Source: an uncultured Ruminococcus sp.
GTDB taxonomy: Bacteria > Bacillota > Clostridia > Oscillospirales > Ruminococcaceae
NCBI GenBank assembly: GCA_964458395.1
Contig: CAYWIP010000002.1
Span: forward strand, 7,876-71,875
Reading direction: 5' to 3'
DNA: 64,000 bases
Positions 58,171-64,000 of the stretch are shown here, in pieces; the first letter of the stretch is position 1, and every line of letters starts with the position of its first letter. Under the pieces are notes generated by a model. The model saw only the letters and a list, made by a program, of their open reading frames with translations. It was not told the origin of the DNA and did no database searches. A program made the position numbers and the translations under genes.

Positions 58171-60309
58171 TTGGCAAATCTGGTTATTCTCGAGTCGCCG
58201 TCAAAAGCGAAAACCGTTAAAAAATATCTGGGCGCGGGCTATGAGGTCATGGCGTCCACGGGTCATATAATCGACCTTCCGAAGTCCAAGTTCGGCGTGG
58301 ACGTGGATAATAATTTCGAGCCGCAGTACGTCAACATGAAAGACAAGTCGGACGTTATCAAGGAACTGAAAAAGCGCGCAAAGGAGAGCGACGTAGTATA
58401 TCTTGCGACCGACCCGGACCGCGAGGGAGAGGCTATCGCGTGGCATTTGTCGCATTTGCTGAACATCGACGAAAAGGCGAAGATACGCGTTACGTTCAAC
58501 GAGATCACGAAAACAGGCGTGCAGTACGGAATGAGCCATCCGCGTACTATTGACACCGATATCGTAAACGCGCAGCAGACGCGCCGAATACTTGACCGAA
58601 TCGTCGGCTATAAATTGTCGCCGTTTCTGTGGAAAAAGGTGCGCAGAGGGTTGTCGGCGGGGCGCGTGCAGTCAGTCGCGGTGAGGATTATCGTTGACCG
58701 CGAGGAGGAGATACGCGCGTTCAAGTCCACGGAGTACTGGAGCGTCGACGCGAAGCTGTCTGCGGCTTCCTCGAAAAAGGTGTTCGCGGCGAAGCTCACC
58801 GAAATAAACGGGCAAAAGGCGCAGATAGACAACAAGGAGCAGGCGGATAAAATTCTCGCCGATCTTGAGGGCGCGGATTTTATCGTCACAAATCTGAAGA
58901 AATCGCAGCGCAAAAAGCAGCCCGCGCCGCCGTTCACCACCTCGACCTTGCAGCAGGAGGCAAGCCGCAAGCTGTCGTTTCAGGCGCGGAGAACTATGAA
59001 AACCGCTCAGGAGCTATATGAGGGCGTTGACGTTGAGGGAATGGGAGCTGTCGGTCTTATCACCTATATGAGAACGGACAGCCTGCGCATTTCGGACGAG
59101 GCTAAGACCGCCGCCGCCGAGGTTATCAAACAGGAGTACGGCGAGCAGTATCTTCCCGAAAAACCGCGCACATTCAAATCCAAGAGCAACGCTCAGGACG
59201 CTCATGAGGCTATCCGTCCGTCGAATGTCGAGCTTACTCCGTCAAAGGTGAAGAAGTCGCTTACGAGCGATCAGTATAAGCTGTATAAGCTCATCTGGGA
59301 GCGGTTTATGGCAAGTCAGATGGCGAACGCCGCAATGGATACGGTGTCCGTGGATATCACGGCGAAGAATTATCTGTTCAAGTCCAGCGGCTATTCCGTG
59401 AAGTTCGACGGCTTTACCAAGCTTTACGAGGAAACGCGCGACAACGAGGAACAGGGCGGCGCGCTCCCGAAGATCGAAAAGAACGAGAAGCTCAAGCCCG
59501 TTGAGGTATTGGGCAATCAGCACTTTACTCAGCCGCCCGCGCGCTACAACGAAGCGTCGCTGATAAAGGCGCTCGAGGAGAACGGCATAGGACGTCCGTC
59601 GACGTATGCGCCGACGATCTCCACCATTCTTGATCGGCATTATGTCGAGCGTGAGAACGGAAATCAGCTCAAGCCCACGCCGCTCGGCGAGGTCATTACG
59701 GGGCTGCTTAAGGAGAAATTTAACAATATCGTCGATGTGAAATTCACCGCGAAAATGGAAACCAGCCTTGACAACATCGAAAAGGGCACAAAGGATTGGG
59801 TCGATACGCTCGACGGCTTTTACAAGGGCTTCGCGAAGTCGCTTGAAAAGGCGGAGCAGGACATGGAGGGCAAGCACCTCAAAGTTCCCGACGAGCCTAC
59901 CGACATCAAGTGTGAGCAGTGTGGAAAACCGATGGTAATAAAAATCGGTCCTTACGGGAAATTCCTCGGCTGCTCGGGCTTCCCGGAGTGCAAGTTCACC
60001 AAGAAGATTGTCACCGAAACAAAGGGCTTATGTCCGAAATGCGGCGCAAAAATGCTGCTGAAAAAGTCCAAGAAAGGTAAACCGTTCTATGGCTGCGAGA
60101 ATTTCAAGGACTGCAATTTTATGACATGGGATATGCCGCTCGAGGAAAAATGCCCAGAGTGCGGCTCGAGCCTGTTCAAGAAAACAGGCAAGCTCGGCAA
60201 GATATACTGCCAGAAGGACGGCTGCGGCTACGAGCGTCCCGCAGACGACGCTCGTCTCGCAGACGGCGCCCGTCCTTTGGACAACGCAAAGGATAACAAT
60301 GACGGTTAA
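58171..60309 (+). CDS. topA: DNA topoisomerase I with C-terminal Zn ribbons (TTG start)
   Basis: LVILESPSKAK, ATDPDREGE, SAGRVQS, ITYMRTD, GIGRPSTY; GGAGG RBS. Confidence 0.97.
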   Translation: MANLVILESPSKAKTVKKYLGAGYEVMASTGHIIDLPKSKFGVDVDNNFEPQYVNMKDKSDVIKELKKRAKESDVVYLATDPDREGEAIAWHLSHLLNIDEKAKIRVTFNEITKTGVQYGMSHPRTIDTDIVNAQQTRRILDRIVGYKLSPFLWKKVRRGLSAGRVQSVAVRIIVDREEEIRAFKSTEYWSVDAKLSAASSKKVFAAKLTEINGQKAQIDNKEQADKILADLEGADFIVTNLKKSQRKKQPAPPFTTSTLQQEASRKLSFQARRTMKTAQELYEGVDVEGMGAVGLITYMRTDSLRISDEAKTAAAEVIKQEYGEQYLPEKPRTFKSKSNAQDAHEAIRPSNVELTPSKVKKSLTSDQYKLYKLIWERFMASQMANAAMDTVSVDITAKNYLFKSSGYSVKFDGFTKLYEETRDNEEQGGALPKIEKNEKLKPVEVLGNQHFTQPPARYNEASLIKALEENGIGRPSTYAPTISTILDRHYVERENGNQLKPTPLGEVITGLLKEKFNNIVDVKFTAKMETSLDNIEKGTKDWVDTLDGFYKGFAKSLEKAEQDMEGKHLKVPDEPTDIKCEQCGKPMVIKIGPYGKFLGCSGFPECKFTKKIVTETKGLCPKCGAKMLLKKSKKGKPFYGCENFKDCNFMTWDMPLEEKCPECGSSLFKKTGKLGKIYCQKDGCGYERPADDARLADGARPLDNAKDNNDG

Positions 60310-61627
60310 AGTTATAGGCGCGGGGCTTGCGGGCTGCGAGGCGGCAATGCAGCTTGCGGAGAGGGGATATTCGGTGGAGCTGTACGAGATGAAGCCGAAG
60401 AAGTTCTCACCCGCGCATAAATATGAGGGCTTCGCGGAGCTTGTCTGCTCAAATTCGCTGAAATCGGCGAGAGTGGACAGCGCCTGTGGACTGCTGAAAG
60501 AGGAAATGCGGCGCTTGGGTTCGGTCGTCTGCGCGGCTGCCGAAAAGACCGCCGTACCCGCGGGCGGAGCGCTCGCGGTGAACCGCACGGCGTTCTCGGA
60601 CGAGATAACGCGCGTTATCAGGTCGCACCCGAACATCACCGTAAGGTACGAGGAAATTACCGAGTTCCCCGACAAGAACACGATAATATGCACGGGACCG
60701 CTCACAAGCGACGGCTTGGCGGATAAGATACGCGAACGCTGCGGCGATTATCTGAGCTTTTACGACGCTGCCGCGCCTATCGTGACCGCCGAGAGTATCG
60801 ACTTTTCGATAGCGTTCGAGCAGTCGCGATACGACCACGGCGGCGCGGATTACGTCAACTGCCCGATGATGCGCGAGGAGTACGAGATATTTTATAACGC
60901 GCTCGTCAACGCGGAAACAGCTCCGCTTCATGAGTTTGACGTGCCGTCCGAGGCTAAGGGTCTGAAAGTCTACGAGGGTTGTATGCCTGTGGAGGTTCTG
61001 GCGAAGCGCGGCTATGACAGCGTTCGCTACGGTTGTATGAAGCCCGTGGGACTTACCGACCCGCGCACGGGAACGCGTCCGTTCGCGGCGGTTCAGCTGC
61101 GTAAGGAGAACGCCGAGGGCACGTTGTACAATATCGTGGGATTTCAGACAAATCTCAAATTCGGCGAACAGAAGCGTGTTTTCTCGCTTATCCCGGGACT
61201 GCAAAACGCGGAGTTCGCGCGTTACGGGGTAATGCACAGAAATTCGTTTTTGTGCAGCCCGAAGCTGCTGGACGAGCATTATATGCTCAAAGGCTCGGAG
61301 AACGTGTTCTTTGGCGGACAGATAACGGGCGTGGAGGGCTACGTTGAGAGTGCTGCAAGCGGCATTATCGCGGGCAGGGCTTTGGCGGATATACTTGACG
61401 GAAAAGAGCCGCTGACGTTCCCGAGAACGACAATGCTAGGCGCGCTGGCGTGGTATGTCGCGAATGCGTGGACTCATAATTTTCAGCCTATGGGCAGCAA
61501 TATGGGGATACTGCCGCCGCTTGACGAGGAGTTCCGAGGTAAAGACGGAAAGCAGAGAAAGAACGCTGCGCTTGCAGAACGCGCTTTGAGCGATCTGGAC
61601 AAGGCTTTGCAAGGCGCATCACGTTAA
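60299..61627 (+). CDS. trmFO: Folate/FAD-dependent tRNA (uracil-54) methyltransferase
   Basis: GAGLAGCEAA, ELVCSNS, YEGCMP, VGFQT, RYGVMHRN, GVEGY. Confidence 0.96.
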   Translation: MTVKVIGAGLAGCEAAMQLAERGYSVELYEMKPKKFSPAHKYEGFAELVCSNSLKSARVDSACGLLKEEMRRLGSVVCAAAEKTAVPAGGALAVNRTAFSDEITRVIRSHPNITVRYEEITEFPDKNTIICTGPLTSDGLADKIRERCGDYLSFYDAAAPIVTAESIDFSIAFEQSRYDHGGADYVNCPMMREEYEIFYNALVNAETAPLHEFDVPSEAKGLKVYEGCMPVEVLAKRGYDSVRYGCMKPVGLTDPRTGTRPFAAVQLRKENAEGTLYNIVGFQTNLKFGEQKRVFSLIPGLQNAEFARYGVMHRNSFLCSPKLLDEHYMLKGSENVFFGGQITGVEGYVESAASGIIAGRALADILDGKEPLTFPRTTMLGALAWYVANAWTHNFQPMGSNMGILPPLDEEFRGKDGKQRKNAALAERALSDLDKALQGASR

Positions 61628-61711
61628 TACGGACTATGCCTATCCTATGGTCTGCGTTAAAATGTCGCAGTAAAGGCGTGTTAAATAACAGCAACAAATA
61701 AATTTCGCAGC

Positions 61712-61829
61712 GGCAAAAGTCGGGAGCGAGGGTGACGACGGAGCGGAACGAAGTGCGAAGCGACAAGTCGCACCTGCGGAGGCGTTGCCCTCGGCTAAGC
61801 GAACGAAGTGAGCGACCCGAGCTTTTGCC
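61712..61829 (+). repeat. Structured intergenic element, copy C
   Basis: Outer stem ggcaaaag-tcggg / cccga-g-cttttgcc; inner gagggtgacg/cgttgccctc; GAACGAAGTG twice (61746, 61801). Confidence 0.75.
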
Positions 61830-61848
61830 TTTCAGATAGGAGATAAGA

Positions 61849-62862
61849 ATGAAGATTGTAATAGACGGTTTCGGCGGCGACAACGCTCCCGACGAAATAT
61901 TAAAGGGCGCGGCTCTCGCGGTAAAGGGGCTGGGAATTGACGCTGCGGTAACGGGCGAGGTCGACGTGCTCAAAGCGCGTATGGCGGCGCTGAAAATTCC
62001 CGAAAACGGAATTGAATTAGTTCCCGCGGAGGGCGTTATCACCACCGAGGACAATCCCATGTCCGTTGCCAAGCAGAAAAGCGGTACGTCAATGGGCGTG
62101 GCGTTTCAGATGCTCGCCGATGGCAGGGCGGACGCGTTCATCTCGGCGGGCAGCACGGCGGCTATCGTAGTCGGCGGACGAACGTATGCGAAGCGGATAA
62201 ACGGCGTTAAAAAGGCGCCGCTCGTACCTCTTATGCCGTGTGCGGGAGGAAAGCGCTTCTGTGTGCTGGACGGCGGCGCGAATATCAACTGCACTCCCGA
62301 AATGCTGCGGATTTTCGCGATACTCGGAAGCTGCTTTATGAAAACAACAATGGGCGTTGAGAATCCGCGCGTGGGCTTGCTCAACAACGGTACCGAGGAG
62401 GAAAAAGGTCGCGAGCTGGAGCACGAAACAAAGGCGCTGCTCAAGAAAACTCCCGTAAACTTTGTAGGCTATGTCGAGGCTCGTGAAGTACCGCTCGGCG
62501 CGGTGGACGTGCTTATCACGGACGGCTTCACGGGGAACGTGTTCCTGAAAGCCTGCGAGGGCATGGGCGTACTTATGAAGGACGCGCTGAAGTCGATGTT
62601 CTTCGCGAATATAATAACGAAGCTCGGCGCGCTCTGTGTGAAATCGAAGCTGACCGAATTCACCAAGCAAATGGATTACAAGGAGATAGGCGGTTCGCCG
62701 CTGCTCGGCACGGCAAAGCCCGTGTTCAAAGCGCACGGCAGCAGCGACGCAAAGGCGTTCTTCGGGGCGTTCAGACAGGCGAAGATGTTTGTCGAGAACA
62801 ACGCAATCGAGGAAATGACCAAGGCGGTAGCGGCGCTGGAGGGGGTTGCGGAAAATGGCTGA
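61849..62862 (+). CDS. plsX: Phosphate acyltransferase PlsX
   Basis: DGFGGDNAP, SAGST, DGGAN, LNNGTEEEKG, TDGFTGN, KAHGSS. Confidence 0.95.
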   Translation: MKIVIDGFGGDNAPDEILKGAALAVKGLGIDAAVTGEVDVLKARMAALKIPENGIELVPAEGVITTEDNPMSVAKQKSGTSMGVAFQMLADGRADAFISAGSTAAIVVGGRTYAKRINGVKKAPLVPLMPCAGGKRFCVLDGGANINCTPEMLRIFAILGSCFMKTTMGVENPRVGLLNNGTEEEKGRELEHETKALLKKTPVNFVGYVEAREVPLGAVDVLITDGFTGNVFLKACEGMGVLMKDALKSMFFANIITKLGALCVKSKLTEFTKQMDYKEIGGSPLLGTAKPVFKAHGSSDAKAFFGAFRQAKMFVENNAIEEMTKAVAALEGVAENG

Positions 62863-63544
62863 CCTCGGCGAGCTGGAGGAGAAGATCGGTTATAAATTCG
62901 GCGATCAGAGCTATTTAAAACGCGCCCTCACACATTCAAGCTACTCCGGCGGAAAAAACAACGGCAGCAACGAGCGTCTGGAATTTCTCGGCGACGCTGT
63001 GCTGCAAATTACGGTTTCGCAGTACCTTTTCACAAATATGGATACCGTTCCCGAGGGCGGGCTGACAAAGCTCCGCGCGTCGATTGTCTGCGAGAATTCG
63101 CTGTATAATTTCGCGAAACGGATTGATCTCGGAAAGTACATTTATCTTGGCAAGGGCGAGGAGATGACGGGCGGGCGCGACAGGCGCTCAATACTCGCGG
63201 ACGCGTTCGAAGCGCTTATCGCGGCGATCTATCTTGACGGCGGCGCGGACGAGGCAACGCGTATGATAATGTCGTTCGTGCCGAGCGTTGAGGCGCTCAG
63301 ATCGGGCAAGGTACGGCTCGGCGACTACAAGACGGTATTACAGGAAATAATTCAGCAGAATCCCGAGGAACACATCTCCTATAACGTCACCGAAAACGAC
63401 GAGCCGTCGCACCACAAGACGTTTTTTGCGGATGTGCTGCTCAACGGACAAGTTATCGGCAGCGGCAGCGGGCAGTCCAAAAAGGAAGCCGAGCAAGCCG
63501 CCGCAAAGGAAGCGGTAAAGCTTATGGGTTATGAAACAGACTAA
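62855..63544 (+). CDS. rnc: Ribonuclease III
   Basis: ALTHSS, NERLEFLGDAVL, ADAFEA, dsRBD DYKTVLQE..SKKEAEQ. Confidence 0.97.
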   Translation: MADLGELEEKIGYKFGDQSYLKRALTHSSYSGGKNNGSNERLEFLGDAVLQITVSQYLFTNMDTVPEGGLTKLRASIVCENSLYNFAKRIDLGKYIYLGKGEEMTGGRDRRSILADAFEALIAAIYLDGGADEATRMIMSFVPSVEALRSGKVRLGDYKTVLQEIIQQNPEEHISYNVTENDEPSHHKTFFADVLLNGQVIGSGSGQSKKEAEQAAAKEAVKLMGYETD

Positions 63545-64000
63545 CATTTCGATATTTATACCGCATATCGGCTGCCCGCATATGTGCAGCTTCTGCGACC
63601 AGCGGAGCATTACCGGAGAGCGTTCCGCGCCGACCGCGGAGCAGGTTCGGGCGCTTCTGGAGGAGCAGGCGGAGCATTTAGCGCAGATAGGAATGTCGGC
63701 GGAGATAGCGTTCTTCGGCGGCAGCTTTACGGCTGTTCCGCGCGGCTATATGCTGGAGCTTCTCGATACCGCGAGGGCGGCTGTCGAGCGTTTTCCGTGC
63801 TATTCGGGAATTCGCTGCTCGACGCGTCCCGACTGCGTTGACGCGGAGATCGTCGACATTCTGAAAAGTTATGGCGTAACGGCGGTCGAGCTTGGCGCAC
63901 AGTCGATGAACGACGAGGTTTTATCCGCGAACGACCGCGGACATACCGCCGAGGACGTCCGCAGAGCCTCCGCGCTGATAAAGCAAAGCGGCATAGAGTT
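63531..64000 (+). CDS. Radical SAM protein, Elp3/YhcC-like (3' truncated by window)
   Basis: MKQTNISIFIPHIGCPHMCSFCDQ (CxxxCxxC), AFFGGSFT, STRPD, VELGAQS. Confidence 0.9.
   Translation, partial: MKQTNISIFIPHIGCPHMCSFCDQRSITGERSAPTAEQVRALLEEQAEHLAQIGMSAEIAFFGGSFTAVPRGYMLELLDTARAAVERFPCYSGIRCSTRPDCVDAEIVDILKSYGVTAVELGAQSMNDEVLSANDRGHTAEDVRRASALIKQSGIE

Noticed and set aside
60241-60276. Imperfect 18-nt tandem duplication in the topA tail (ADDARL/ADGARP)
   Set aside because: In-frame change in a disordered C-terminus with no sign of function
63584-63841. 85-aa ORF in the track
   Set aside because: Alternative frame of the radical SAM gene that starts at 63531 and runs off the window

Overview
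Chromosomal segment of an endospore-forming, moderately GC-rich Clostridia bacterium. Gene content and style suggest a gut Oscillospiraceae/Ruminococcaceae member, which is an inference. Most genes are on the + strand. Housekeeping loci (clpX 3' end, metH, prfC, aspS, recO, mutS2, ahcY, pheST with a T-box, eno, infC-rpmI-rplT with an L20 leader, topA-trmFO-plsX-rnc) are interleaved with accessory genes. I saw no rRNA, tRNA, CRISPR array, integrase or intact transposase. Main observations: (1) an intact 822-aa P-type ATPase homolog in which the phosphorylation, TGES, TGD, GDGxND and ion-binding motifs are all substituted, leading an operon with a DUF368 undecaprenyl-phosphate translocase; (2) six toxin-less orphan genes, several immunity-like (CdiI-like, WapI-like, possibly Imm63-like), inserted into and after a two-component system; (3) three intergenic structured elements sharing GAACGAAGTG, covarying stems and GNA triloops; (4) sigG inverted against spoIIGA-sigE but keeping an RBS-blocking hairpin, with the same promoter/hairpin design in front of eno; (5) a SOD-fold protein lacking the Zn loop, an unannotated 45-aa membrane peptide, and several gene remnants and frameshifts. 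Family names come from motif recognition by eye, not from database searches.
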